Source of the DNA: Catajapyx aquilonaris
Lineage: Eukaryota
Length of the DNA stretch: 64,000 nucleotides
Assembly: GCA_000934665.2 (NCBI GenBank)
Contig: KZ538381.1
Location: forward strand, 1 to 64,000
Reading direction: 5' to 3'
Below, in pieces: positions 1-13,590 of the stretch (the stretch's first letter is position 1; the number at the start of each line of letters is the position of its first letter). A program made the position numbers and the translations under genes. Under the pieces are notes generated by a model. It did not search any database. It saw only the letters and a program-made list of their open reading frames with translations, and had not been told where the DNA came from.

Positions 1-304
1 TTTGCCGGGCACCTATAGTCGCCCATATCTCGAAAACGCTTGGCTAATGCAACTTTTTACTTTCACCAATGAATTTCTGGCCTGCGATTTACCCCTATAG
101 TGTCATTTTCGGGCCGATTGGCCGATGGCCCTACAGACACTTCCCTTGTAAGACCCATTTAAATTCAAGGTTTGGATATAATATGATTTAATTTGGCCTC
201 ATATTAGCAGATACAATAATACATTTGATAACTACTAAAATGTAACTATTCAAAGTAACAGTTTAAAAATGAATAACTTAGTGCCAAAGAATTTCTGACC
301 ACTC

Positions 305-328
305 TATATATATATATATATATATATA
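305..328. repeat. (TA)n microsatellite
   Basis: Read directly. Confidence 0.95.
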
Positions 329-2856
329 TGGACATTTAAGTTGCAACTAACTGTAAACCCCATGTTTCAGTATTAAGCCCACATTGGTGGAAATGTGGCA
401 AACGGCCCTTTCGTCAAGTTGGTACTCTTGTGCCCAAGTCTATTCACCAATTACGAGCAAGTTAGAAGAAGCAAAGGCGCACTCACCCAACCGCAATTAT
501 ATATAGTCCCCCTCGGATTCCAACGGGACTTTCATAACGCAAGTGACATTTTCGTGGATGTGAGGTAAATTCTGAAACACACTGTAGTTGTATTACATGA
601 GAGATGTTGTATAGCAGCCCATAACTTTTTAAAAATATTATGATGGATAGCATGTTATTATTTACTGCACGACAATCACCCAGAACAGTATATGATCGTG
701 CACATTTTCGAAAGAGGGACGCATACTTATTGAAATAGGGAACATAATGTTTTCAGCATGTATATCTGTGAGTTAAAAAGCTATTTACACGTAAATATAG
801 GTTCAAATAGGAGGACATGTTACGGGACAATGCTGGGTCTGTTTGTCCTGTGTCCCATTTAGTTTGCCCATCCAGAAAATGTACCATACAAACATGAGAT
901 GGAGACTATTTTAGATTTGGTTTCAATGCAAAAATGTGTACATCTTTTTGAGTGCTAATGATTGCTTTTGGTTGTCCGAATAATTTGTTCTCAGTTACAT
1001 TAGGAATGGTGAAGCGGATAAGGAGTTAGGCTACCCCCGCCGTTCTGTCCACCAATTCCTCAAGATGTGCAGCTAAACTCGCGTCCCAAGAAGGAAGAAT
1101 CCATAAAACCGTAATGAAATAATCACTTCAGCATGCAGGCATGCATGCATTTGGGCGGGGCCACCTTGCCAAATGAAAGCACAGAACGAAGGGGAGGTAA
1201 TTAGATTTCTTTCTCACGATGCAAAAGCACACCATTTAAATGAGGAAATCCGGACTCATTCTCATAATTATATATAAACATGAATTTAACCTGGCTTAAC
1301 CTCCATGAAAAAGCTGCATATCATATTTGTGCTAAATCCGATAATTCTCCAATTTTCCTCTTCCCCCTACCTCTCTTACATGATTAGGCTAAGCGAAAGG
1401 TGTTCTCGATATTGAACCAGCACATGTTGAATAAGGCATTTTCCCATTGTAAGCCCATTAAGTCTTTGTGCTCAATGATGCTGATTTGCCAGGATATGTA
1501 GACCAGGAGCCTGGTATTTCGTTTCTAAAGAGCGTGTAAACCACCAGTCATTGAGTATGGAAATTATATGGGCGGTTACAGTGAAGGGACGCAGGCCTTT
1601 TACGGGTATGGAGGGGATTCATCAAATGAGCTTACCAAGCTCATATGACATGTAAATGCAATGTTTTTACTTTCAAAATTTGTATTGTCATCATCAATAG
1701 ATTATTAGCAAATAAGAGCAATTCCGGCTTGCGAGCATCATATTAACGTCACTATTTATCCTTGCATATAGCCTATTTATAAATAACCTGTTTTATATAC
1801 GGAATGCATAAGTGTAACAAACGCACTCCTGATGGTAATGTTGGACGAAATTATGAACCAAAAACAAGTTGTTAAGGGAGAAATTTACAACTATAAGGAT
1901 ACCTACAAAAAAATGTTTTGATTCTTGGTTTGTTGTTGAAGTAGTGCAGTGGAGTGGCGAGGCCTCTATACGCCACTCTGCGCCCTTGAGAATTGAAAAT
2001 CATCAGTCTTATTTGACAAGTCGCTCATTTTTCGGTATAAGTGATGGATAGAGTATACTGTTGCCGTGGGAGGGCTTGTTTATAGGCAGGGCTGTCCTGT
2101 ATCGTGTGTTTTATAATTTAGCAAATATTTTATCATGTTCGTTCATACAACCGGCTATGCATCCTCATATCTGCGTATATCTGAATGACCTAATGTAGCA
2201 AGTTAACATTCCTGTAGGAAATAAAGGATTTAAAAGTACATCGGAGTAATACTTACAAATTGTTGGGCCGATGGCCATTTCAGACTTGTATAAAGTCTTT
2301 AGCTTTGACTCAGGAATTCAATTAAATTCTGAACCCCCTGCCATTTCCCCCCTGCAGCTGAACTCAGGCCTTCTTCTATTGGGCCCTTCATTTGGTAACA
2401 TACTACACGTATATACCATGCGTTTAGAAGCACCTGGTATAACGGAACGGAAGGAATGGGAGGGACAACTTTATAAAAGTTTCTAAAAATATAAGTAAAA
2501 CTTTTAATATGCATTTGGTGCACGTTTGGCCACCCATCCATAAGACCTGCGCATAAAAATACACTGACGGTAGGCCTAAACCGGATATTCCAATTGAAGT
2601 CATTTTCAGTTAGGACTTTTGGGCAGTAAGCTGCTTATTTTTAAGAAATTTCTTTGGTGTAGTTACTCTGAGTGGTTATCAAAAGCATTAGCTGCTATTC
2701 TTAGATTGAAAGGGGGTTACAAGGGGTTACAAGGGGGCCTGGCTTGAAAAAATTACTTGTATCATTGACATGAGATGACAACTGCTCAAATGGGCCATTA
2801 CCTATAATTAAAAAATTCTTTGCAATTTACAGATTAGATAGATTGATCAATTCGCC

Positions 2857-2860
<4 letters not shown>

Positions 2861-2902
<42 letters not shown>
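2861..2902. repeat. (TA)n microsatellite
   Basis: Read directly, one interruption. Confidence 0.95.
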
Positions 2903-2903
<1 letters not shown>

Positions 2904-3114
2904 TATAGTTTTAGTTTATTGTTATTGGGCAGTAAATCGTATTTCCAATGACCTCTGCAGCATGCAGCTATACAACCTGCACTAATAGGGCAAGTTGTAG
3001 CTATACTGGTATAACAGACTGTGGATTAAGTTATAGGCTACGATACCATCAGGGTGTAAAAATGTCAATAATGTCAATTTTTAATTCAGGATACTCTTCA
3101 TCATTGGCTGCAAG

Positions 3115-3444
3115 TTTTTTTTTTTGCATTACCCCATTGGGATTTACCATATCCTTTAGGGGGGTGGATTACCACCATCGGAAATTGGAGCCATATACGA
3201 AGATCTTATTTAATTACTCCAGGGTAGGTAGGAGGGGATGTGCAAAGTGCAAGTGCAATGTCTCTAATCGTCATTTTGTGAACTCCCCCGGGTGGCTTAG
3301 TCTATCGGAAATTGCCACCCGAAATGAAGCCAGAGATGGCCCAACTCTGCACGGATAAAGGTGGGAACCCCGGGTGGGGATCGAACCCGGGACCTTAATA
3401 TCCGTGGGCGCGAGCGTTACCGCTGCGCCACTTCACCTCCCTAA
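3115..3444 (-). mobile_element. tRNA-derived SINE, family A copy 1
   Basis: Minus-strand head with A box TGGCGCAGCGG and B box GGTTCGATCC, poly(A) tail (T-run from 3115), flanking direct repeat GGCTGCAAG at 3106-3114 and 3445-3453; aligns with copies at 4667 and 9418. Confidence 0.9.
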
Positions 3445-4153
3445 GGCTGCAAGAATATTATGAGACATATATCTTCAAATACTTTCAATCCTGGCCTACG
3501 TTAGAGGCGTCAGAATCCCAATTGTGGCACTCATACCAGGGTATATGCCATGTGTACAAAGTTCAGGCGACCACATGTGGCACCCATTACACTGCATCCA
3601 CCTTTTTTGAAGACAAAATGTCTAAAATGGGGCACAACACCAGTTATTTCAAGTTACAAGTAATAAGTTATTGTTCGGGCATGTTGTACCATTGTTACAA
3701 CTTGCCCCACCCCCACTCTAGAAACGAATTCATTAGATGGCAGTTTTACTAAAGACTGCACTTGTTTCAAGCCATGCTATTAGATTCTACATGATTCGAG
3801 CTCCAAAGTAATAAATATCTCACTAACTTGCCACACAACATTACATCTGCAGCATAGCAAAAATGGAGAGAGGAAAAAATTTACTCAGGTGCTTGAACAG
3901 CACAAAATAGGCGATATCTCCTGAGCTCCGAAATACACGCCGACCAAGCTTCCGCCACAGTTAGAGAGGGGTGTTATTCGTTATTCAGACCAAATTCTAT
4001 AGGTTGGTCAGAAAACCAGTTCCGAAGAAAATGCGAGTGATACAACTTGCCTCACGGTACAACTAGCCCCAATATAGCAGCACTCTCCCCTATATAACTC
4101 TTGTAGCACATAACTATTATTTGTAATACATTCTAAAGCACCACATTCGACGG

Positions 4154-4218
4154 GTTCTCCCCGTGTTTGTGTGGGTTTTCTCGGGATTCTCCTGTCTCCT
4201 TCCACTTTCAAAAGACAT
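4154..4218 (+). mobile_element. V-domain-like SINE fragment
   Basis: GTTCTCCCCGTGTTTGTGTGGGTTTTCTCGGGATTCTCCTGTCTCCTTCCACTTTCAAAAGACAT resembles the V-SINE central domain as I recall it. Confidence 0.6.
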
Positions 4219-4666
4219 CAGTAAGCACAATCATCAATGATTAAAGCTGTACCTATAAACTTATATGAAAGAAGGTCTCCTGTACGACCTCATTATATTG
4301 GCCTATATGTCACGGGTAGCCATCAATATAATTATTTTAAGTAAGTGAATCCATAAAGCGGAGGATAGTAAAATATACGTTTAAGTATTATATCTGGTGA
4401 TTTTAAAAGTCTGAGTATTTAAGGTCAAGATTCTGAATTATTAGCTGTAGATTAGCTGTTTTACAAGTTGTGTCTATTGTGTTGTATTTTATATGCCTCT
4501 AAAATACACTTAATATAGCATCAATTATTATTATTGCTCCATGTTTTAAACAACTTAAACAAATTGAGCAATTATTGGATTTATTTTCATACTGTGCAAT
4601 GTATAGGCCACAACAGCTTATGTCGCAGAATTATTAAAGTATAGGCCTACTATATACTTATTTTAG

Positions 4667-4995
4667 TTTTTTTTTTTTTACTGTACCCCATTATCGGGCC
4701 CTGGGCCCTTATTAGGGGAGTGGGATACCACCATTTGTTGGAACCATATACTGGATATGTTTAGTTGTTCCAAGGGTAAGTAGGAGGGGATGTGCAAAGT
4801 GCAAGTGCAATGTCGTATATTGGTCATTTTGTGAACTCCCCCGGGTGGATTAGTCTAGCGGAAATTTCCACCCGAGACGAAGCCAGAGATGGCCCAACTC
4901 TGCACGAGATGAAGGGGGGAACCCCGGGCTGGGATCGAACCCGGGACCTTAACATCCGTTGGCGCGTGCGTTACCGCAGCCCCACTCCGCCTCTC
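4667..4995 (-). mobile_element. tRNA-derived SINE, family A copy 2
   Basis: Aligns end to end with copy 1 (e.g. GGAGGGGATGTGCAAAGTGCAAGTGCAATGTC, GGGATCGAACCCGGGACCTTAA); poly(A) tail at the left end. Confidence 0.9.
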
Positions 4996-5048
4996 TGCAG
5001 TTTAATATTACTATACTGTATATGAAACTGTTTCCTAAGATGTAAATA

Positions 5049-5335
5049 CAGTCGGCCCGATTATCCGCGGTTTCAAAACATCAAATAAATATGAAATAAA
5101 AACATTACATACTATATACAAAAATCCAACATGTATCTTATGATATTCTTAGATGACTGTATTGTTTTACCGGTATCCAATTTTATTGTTAATTGTTTTT
5201 GTTGATGTCTCTATATGTGCCGTATAATTTGTCAATATTATGTAGGCCTATATTTACAAACACATATTGTACTACTGTGTAATATAATTATCAGCTTCTT
5301 GGAACCAATAAGAACGGATAACCGGAGGCTGGCTG
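5049..5335. mobile_element. pogo/Tigger-type MITE
   Basis: TA|CAGTCGGCCCGATTATCCG ... CGGATAACCGGAGGCTGGCTG|TA: imperfect TIRs with TA on both sides. Confidence 0.7.
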
Positions 5336-5895
5336 TATAAGCACTGTGTTCATTTTTCAGCTATACAACTTGTACTTGAACTTGCCGTTTTATGCCAACT
5401 TCATGCCTCCTGGGTAACTAACCATCAAACCGAGAAACCGGAGATTGCTTTAAGATTCGACTGTGTTTGCGAATTACCACCAATTCAACATTAACTCCCC
5501 AGCAATCAAACAACAACAAGCTCGCATACGCCCGCAATTTCTCACCTGTTTCTCTAATGGCCCAACATTTTGCATACTGCAACCCGTCTCACAACACGTG
5601 ACACAAGTGACACTCAAAGACAAAAAAGGACAATCCGCGGGTGCATCGGCAGCAAAGGGCTGTTGTCCGGCAGACCAGTCTGTCAGAAGCGAGGTGCGAA
5701 TCTCAAAAGTCCATGTAGTATAAGGGCTGGCTGCATGACCAGCTGCCTTCACAACTTAATCACGAGTTTCCCACTGCAATCTAGCCGCATTGTCTTGAAA
5801 TAAAAAAAAGGAAAGAACAGAAAAAAAAACTGGCTACTCATGGAGTCCTCGGGGGCGCCTGGCAGAAATTTGCACACTTGACGCCCCTTTTTGCG

Positions 5896-6797
5896 GACCA
5901 CCCACGATGATCTAGCAGATGTTGCCAAATTGGACCTGAATGCTTGCATGCTCATGCTGTTAAATGAAAGTGTGTTTTTTTGCGATTTTTTGTGTTAAAT
6001 ATTTCTAGTGGCTCTGGCAATACATATGCAAATTTAAAAAAAATCGGTAAATCCTAAAAATTAAAAATAAATTTGAATTCATAAATTTTGCTGGTGTTTA
6101 TTAGGTGGTAATTGGATGTATGATTTGTATGCAAATATTTTGGCACGACATGCCCATTTGGGAACTCCTTAAGCGTTCATCTTGGTGGCACTTGGACCCT
6201 TCTATTTAGCATTCAATTATTTCTTGGGCCACTTGGGGCTGTCAAATGGGGCATAACAAGCCACCTGACAGGATACAGTATTGGGGCAGTAAGAAAAGGG
6301 AAGGGAGGGCAACAGTGGGGGTCGAGCCAGTCGAAAAATAAGAAAAGCAGTTTCGGCATGCTTGGAACTACAAAGGGTGGAGATACAACCATATCCCCTT
6401 ATCGCCTAATTGTCGCCCAGCTTGTCGGCGAAGGTAATCTCATCCCAGGAATGACCCCGGGTCACCAGTCAGAGCTTAGTGAGGGTCATAGTTAAGCCTG
6501 ATGGACATGGGCAAGGCGGAGATGGGGGTGTGGGGGTGTGTAGGGATAGTGTCGGACCACTCGGGCTGGAAAATCCGGTGCTGCTATCCAGTGAGACATC
6601 TTACAAAGAAGACCCGTCCCCGGATCCATCCACCGGTCACTTGACTTCCCACGATTCCACTCCGAGGGGACAGTCAAGATTTTCTTTTGGAGATAGGCGG
6701 CATCTTGGCATTCACACATCATAATCACTTAGGCACCAACTAAGGAACTGAATCATATGCAACCAACTTGCTATACACTTGACATACAAATTTTTCA

Positions 6798-6867
<70 letters not shown>

Positions 6868-8739
6868 TGGCCCTCTTACGATTGTGGCTGATTATTTCTG
6901 ACAGGGTAATAGGTCCTAAATGGGATACAATAATGTTGGTGTAAGTGATTGGGCGGTGGGGGTTAGTGGAAGTCATAAAGGCGGTAAGCGTGAAGCAGAA
7001 AACACCGACACAGCCAAGATGAGGTCCTAATTGCCCTGCTTTGCCACTCCGAAAGGAGGGGTTTATTTTCGCCGCGTCTGTCTCGACCTATCAAAATATT
7101 TGTGGAAGGGGAAACCCCAGGGCCCTTCACATAAGTTGTTCTTAGCCCTGATGACCGCAAAGTCCTTGCACGTGTAGGCCAAATGTAGGAAGGAAGGTGG
7201 AGGGAAGGGGAGGCTAACCAGTTGGTGGTGATGGGGGGTGTCCCTTAGACTAATGTTGCACTTGCGCTCTTTTCCACCTCAACCACCCAGGAAGCTCACC
7301 ATCTGAAAGAAATCATAGGACACAGAAGAATAAGCAACTATGTCCTCTCAACGCCCCTTAGTCGTTTTTTCCACCAAACCTTCATATGGCTGAACCCCAG
7401 AGTCTTCATAAGGAGGGCAGCGCAACAAGGGCCTATCCTTTTCCACATTCCTGTCTGCCTGTACCCGGTGGGTTCCTACCCACAGATGAACCCACTTAGC
7501 GCGCCGGCAACCCCAGCTGCTCTCCCCCCCCTTCCCGCTACTCCCTCCTACCATTTTTCCTGACTCGTTCCTCACTCCCATGCCCACCTTGGCCTCAGAC
7601 CACCCACGTTGAGTACAGGCACCGACTAAATAATGCGCCCAGCCGCCGGATTAATCAATCCCCGCCTGACATTACAAGGGGAAGGTGGAGGTGGGCTGGA
7701 GGAGGTAAGGGTGGAGGGGGTGAAGTGTGCTTTTGTGGAGGGAGATCCTTTCCACGCCCAAAGGCAGTTGGAAGAAGATTGGGGGGGAAAAAATTATTTT
7801 TTTATATAGATATTTTATACAACCTGGGTCATTATGCGTCATATCGAATACGCCTTTTAGCTTATTTTTTGGGGGGATTTTGATTGAACCAGTTGAGGTG
7901 ATTAGCAATATAAGGAGGCTGTGTGTACATAACGCCTCTTATTTATTTGGAGCTAAGGAAGTGGTGTGTGATTGCGCGATTTTTATTAGTGGATTCTGTT
8001 TTATAATGATGCATTCTGTTTCTTAAGAAAATATTTTTTTTCCCCGTTCTTCTAGTGTATCCGGGAGATGAGAGTGAGTTAGCTCCGGGATTGCTACCCC
8101 TCCGCCTCCGCACAGGAAAATTTATGTAGCATTTCCGGAATTTTGACCGGTTTTTGGGAAAGCTGCAGATGTTGAAAATTATGACGTAGGGGGCGGTGAC
8201 ATTTATGGTCAATTTCCTAACCGCAACACACTTGGTTCCAATTCCAAAATTCCTGACGGGGGAGCAGCTGTCGCAACTTGTCTAAGCAGATACCGATTCT
8301 AAGAAATTCTAATTAATAATGCGATGTGACATCGCAGCTAAATTGCGCTCTTTAACAACATATTTGTCGAGCCGCATAATTAAAGCAGAATTACGTCGAT
8401 GTACACTGTAACTGGTTGATCATGAAATACTAATTAGTTTTCCACCTGCTGTATTTTGGGGAAAAAAATTTATTGAGTGACAGTAGTGCGTATAAGTTTG
8501 GACTTATGTTGAATATCATGCAGTGACACGAGGGTTTACGAATGGGAGTGGAGGAAGAGTCATGTGGGAATATGGTGAGAGTGGACTTTGTAAGGCAAGT
8601 CTTGCTGTGTGGCCACCCGCTGGGGTCACCTGGGGTCAGTGATGACCCCACTTTCGCCCCCTGCCCACCCCGTCTTCCCCAGCAGCCTCCCTCCTTGCCT
8701 GCCTCCTAGCCACCCACCCCCCATCAGTGCTGGGTGGTC
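5896..8739. promoter_or_regulatory. Three perfect Gli/Ci consensus sites (candidate Hedgehog-responsive enhancer region)
   Basis: GACCACCCA at 5896-5904 and 7598-7606; TGGGTGGTC at 8731-8739. Confidence 0.45.
6798..6866. repeat. (AAT)n microsatellite
   Basis: Read directly; explains the poly-Leu ORF at 6740-6976. Confidence 0.95.
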
Positions 8740-9154
8740 CGCCCTATTCAAGACGTTGAAAAACGCCTGCCAGATATCTGGCAGGGGCGACAAATGGCCT
8801 CATCACTACCGACTCCTTCTCTTTCTAATCACGGATTCTCTTTTTTGCTTCTTTACTTTTTTCTTTCTTCATTCCCAATCATGCACGACTCACCATTACA
8901 ATGTAGACATACATACTCATCATCCCACCAGGGGTTTTAAAAAAATACTATTCATGCAGAACAGGTTCTTTTTGGATCTTCTTTTGTCTTTGCACATCGC
9001 TCATAATTGGCATAATTATATAAGAGCATTTTCATCGGACTTAAAGGACAATATTTTATGCCTATACGAGTGATATATTCTGCAAAGTTATCTTAAAATA
9101 AATAAAATAATGTAATAGGCCCCTTCTCATGAAATGTGTGCTCCAGGCAGGTGT

Positions 9155-9190
<36 letters not shown>
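9155..9190. repeat. (AAC)n microsatellite
   Basis: Read directly. Confidence 0.95.
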
Positions 9191-9417
9191 GACACCGAAA
9201 GCATATATAACATACAATAAATACTAGATGAGTATGATGTCTGAATATTGCAATTCACCATATAATATATTAACAATGTGACCTAATTCGGATTCAAAGG
9301 ATTATCTGTAAATTTAAAATATCTGAATAAATGAGAAAAGTTGGCAAATTAACAGTTAAATGAATTCATGATGAAATGTAATTTGTGTAATTCGCTGTTC
9401 TCCTTTTCACTTACCAT

Positions 9418-9766
9418 ATAATAATAATAATAATAATCCGGGTAGTGCACGAACTCCTTACGAGTTATATGGCACGGACCTTTATTATTACTCATATAGA
9501 GTATACATAGGAGCTGATGACGTAGCGCCCGGGCCCACGGGCAGGATGACAGGAGGGGATGTGCAAGGTGCAGTGCAATGTCTTAATGTGGCCATTTTTA
9601 GTGAACTCCGCCGGGTGGTTTAGTCTGTTGGTAATACCACCTGAGACGACGCCAGAGACGACCTGAACTCTGCACGAGATGAAGGGGGTGTCCCCGGGCT
9701 GGGATCGAACCCGGGACCTTAACATCCGTGGGCGCATACGTTACCGCAGCACCACTCCGCCTCCCC
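9418..9766 (-). mobile_element. tRNA-derived SINE, family A copy 3 with a different (ATT)n-ending tail
   Basis: Head and core align with copies 1 and 2; perfect 16-bp TSD CCTTTTCACTTACCAT at 9402-9417 and 9767-9782. Confidence 0.92.
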
Positions 9767-10340
9767 CCTTTTCACTTACCATTTGTTATGTGAGTGCCCA
9801 TTGTTTCTGACAATCACAAATGTCATTTTAATTCTAATTCCCTGCTTTTCCTGAAGATAAAATATACCTGGGGAATTTTGCTGAATCATGGTGAAAATTC
9901 TCACCGACGACCACCGTGACCGGAGTTCGATCTCTCCTGATTTGTATGCTCAAGGCTATATGATGTATAGTTGAGAGAATTTCCGCAGCTGGGCAGGGCC
10001 TTCTCTGCTGTAACTATAGCCACATAAGGGTATATAAGTGTATTAATTTTAAATATTTTTATTCATATGTGCATGACATTGGTGTCTGATAAGCTTTTTG
10101 AGTAACGTATTATTCACTAAAATCGACATTTAATGAACCAGATGATTGGGAAATCATCTTAGAGGCACCATGTGGCCCACGGGATCATCAATCAAGGTCA
10201 TAAACATAAAATGTCATTTGGGTCATTCCATAATTAAGTTGTTGTCATATAATTGGCCGAATAAAAATTAATGTAGGTAACGGACGGGACATATTTGTCC
10301 TTGGGTAATACATGCCATTTCCATAACCTTGGGTATGCAG

Positions 10341-10573
10341 CAGGGTGTTGCAAATTCGTTTGTCGTTTTATTATAACTGATATCTCCCGATAGCAGTTAT
10401 TTTTGTAGCTTGTTGTGCCCCTAACCAAGTGCCCCATTATAATTATAGCAACTGCTTTATTCGACCCCCTGGGAGTAATGTGGAACCTGTATCGGGGCAC
10501 AACAAGCTACAAAAAATAGCTGCTATCCGACGATATCAGTTGTAAAAATGACTCAAGAATTTGGAACACCCTG
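10341..10573. mobile_element. Tc1/mariner-type foldback MITE (CAGGGTG TIR), long form
   Basis: CAGGGTGTTG...TTTTTGTAGCTTGTTGTGCCCC pairs with GGGGCACAACAAGCTACAAAAA...GAACACCCTG. Confidence 0.85.
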
Positions 10574-12305
10574 GTATATAATATAGTCGAAGATTGATCC
10601 ACGCATGCAGTTCGGGAAAAGGTGGAGAAACAAGATTAGGCAAATCATGCTGCCAGCGTGATTCGAGTAGACTTTTTCTAATTGGACAGCGGGAAATGAG
10701 CTTGACAAACCCGATACGACACGGTGAGGATTCTAATTGGATAATCAATGACATTCATTGTTGTCAGTCTCATTCCCCTTTGCCAAGTTATCTGCCTGGA
10801 GATTTGACCTTGGCGGATAGAGTGAACCCGAAAAACCGGAAGTGGCCAGTCGCCGGAACTTGGCCATAAGACCTATTTTGGTTACACTTAATCCGAATCC
10901 GAAAACCGTTTGTCGCTATATTTTGCGGTTTAGGCACTGATAACTGTACACAGACAGACGGACGGACAGAGCCGTTCGAGAAGACATCTTTCATATGAGA
11001 AAAAGTTTAAAAGGGGGAGTTAGTCTTCGGCAATGCTCGCGCGGTGCAAACTGTTCAAATGCTTAACATACTGTGGCTGATGCTGGGCTGATGTTAATGC
11101 CTTTATATGACTACGTAGATAAATGGGTTTAATTACCGGCGGGTTACCGTACGATCTACAAAATAGTTTCCGTGGGTTCCGGACATTGGGGATTTTTCCT
11201 GGTTTTACTTGGCGGTCTGATGTGGGGGATTGTATAATTAATTCCTGATGTGTGACTGATTGGCAAAGACACAATAACGTTCGTTGGCCTGCGGCGACAC
11301 AAGACGGACACTACATGTTGCGTATGCACAACCCACAATGAGCGCCCAGCTCGATAACGCTCGCAATTAACTAAAATAATCACGAAATGCGACGTACCAT
11401 GCCTGGCAGGGCGACAAGACGGACAGTACTTGGTCCGGTCAACCAAAGCTATACAGCTACGACAGTATGACCAACACAAGCCTATAAGCGGATAATTATT
11501 ATGTCTGGTAGATTTATTTAAAAAATATAATAGATCAGAGTCCATATACAGCATATTTGGTCACAGTCCGGGTTACGGTGTAGTATATACAGTATGTACT
11601 GTGTAGGCCAACTGTATGTTATTTTGTTTAACGATGCGTGATGGCATGTAAATAATCTAAAATCTCAGGAATTCTTTTGTATTCTGAAGGATTTCAAGGA
11701 TATACCTAATGGAAGTGCAGATGCATATCGGTGGAAACGTAGCAGGAGGTCCAGAGTGCAATTGGCACTTCAGCATCAAAGTGGCTCAGACTTCAGGTAG
11801 GCTACCGTACAGTACACGTATAGTATACCAACAGCAAGACATAATTATTTTGTCCAGAATGTCAACTTGATTCAGAAGCATAATGAGGGATTTTCACTAA
11901 TATGCAAATTTTTACCATTTTTAATTTAGTTCATATTTTGGGTTAGCTTGTGGTTCCCGTCATCGCTGACTACCCCTTTATAGGGAAATGTCGTGATGGT
12001 GTTGTTGTTGTTGTTGTTGTTGTTGCAAATCTATAGCTGAGCTGAGTGACTTTTGTATGCTATACACATTATATACACGAAATAAGTTATTGACAAAGTT
12101 GACTTTATTGGCAATTATTTTTATTGTAAAAACATATTATTTAAAGAACAGTTATGGAGACACTTTAAAACCACGCGGTAACATGATTGTCTGATTGGTA
12201 ACGCGATGTAGGCCTATAAGCCTGGTGCCATGTCTACATCGCCTATGCAGGAAAAAATCGTATTAATATCAAGTCATAGTATGTGCCATAAATCATTATC
12301 AGTTT

Positions 12306-12651
12306 GGGAGTGGTGGCTGAGCTGGTAACGTCTCGACTTGCTGAGCGGATAGTCCCGGGTTCGATCCCCGCCATGGATTTCCCTTTCGCCTGAGTCAGGA
12401 GGGTCTGTGACCCTCGCCTTGGAGGCGTCTGGGAACCTAACCTCCAGGGAGACTGCACATGACCCAGTATTCCGACATTGCACCAGCACCCGTGTCTCCT
12501 CCCCAAAAAATCTCCATCCTTATACCCCCATGTCCTTTCTTCCCTACATGGAGTTTGAAGAAAAAAAATCACTAGAAAAATGGAAAATATGGTGGTGTTC
12601 CACCCCCCTCAAAGGGCACAGTTCCCTCTAATATAGGATACAAGAAAAAAA
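12306..12651 (+). mobile_element. tRNA-derived SINE, family B copy 1
   Basis: A box TGGCTGAGCTGG, B box GGTTCGATCC, poly(A) end, perfect 16-bp TSD AAATCATTATCAGTTT at 12290-12305 and 12652-12667. Confidence 0.92.
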
Positions 12652-13590
12652 AAATCATTATCAGTTTCAAGCAGCTTAGAACTCCTGGGCAACAGAGGGT
12701 CCATTATGTCAGTTTATCTAGACTATACTTTATGTGTATGCATATATGTGTCATTTGATCTCCGTTGCATCTTTATACGGTATCACAATAAAATTATGGG
12801 CTTCACACACGAGGTCTGTATATAAAATATCCTGGAAGGTATGCTTCCCTTCGTGCGACCTTGCTTTTAAAATAAAAACAACCTGAGCTACCATCCATTA
12901 TGCAGAAGCTTCTGTATAGTAACTTATAAAATATTATTGCCTCTACATGCTGGAGTGATTTTATATACTCAAGTTTCTTGAAATTAGACTTGGTATCATT
13001 TTTTGAGTAATTTTTGTTCGATATTGTGTTCATTCAAGTTATATGACTGAAAAATGCCGCACAAAACAACAGGAAACTTACCGATTCTGAATGGTGTCCT
13101 TTGCCTGTGGTATATCACGCTGGTATAGCATATTGTCCAAATCCCTGCATAATGATTCTTAAAAAAATAATACACTCCTAATCACCGTGAATGAAAAATT
13201 GCACACAAGAATTTTCCTATTAAATATCCGAAATATCAACAATTTGCTTGTAATTATTTTCATTTATTTGTTAGGGCTGGTGAAATAAAAGCGCAAGTAA
13301 GTTATTCGAAAACCAGTTTTTCCACTCGCCTCTCATCAGCAGATTCTTTTCCTTCTGGTGTCGTCGCCCCTGAACTGTCCAAGTACTTTCTTTTGAGTCA
13401 GGGACTGATCCGACGTGATGGTCATAATGAATGCAAGCATGTGAGACTCAATGGGTACTTACTGCAAGTTATTATACTGATTTGCTTTGTGCAAAATGTG
13501 GGAAATATTGTAATGTTTCAAAGAGTTCACTAATTTTTAATGTAAAGCTCTCACCGTGTTTACATATTACTCTACACAGAATAATGTGTA

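Noticed and set aside
10780..11010. ACAGACAGACGGACGGACAGA tract suggesting a DINE-1/Helentron-like element
   Set aside because: Boundaries and terminal hairpins could not be defined; single copy in window.
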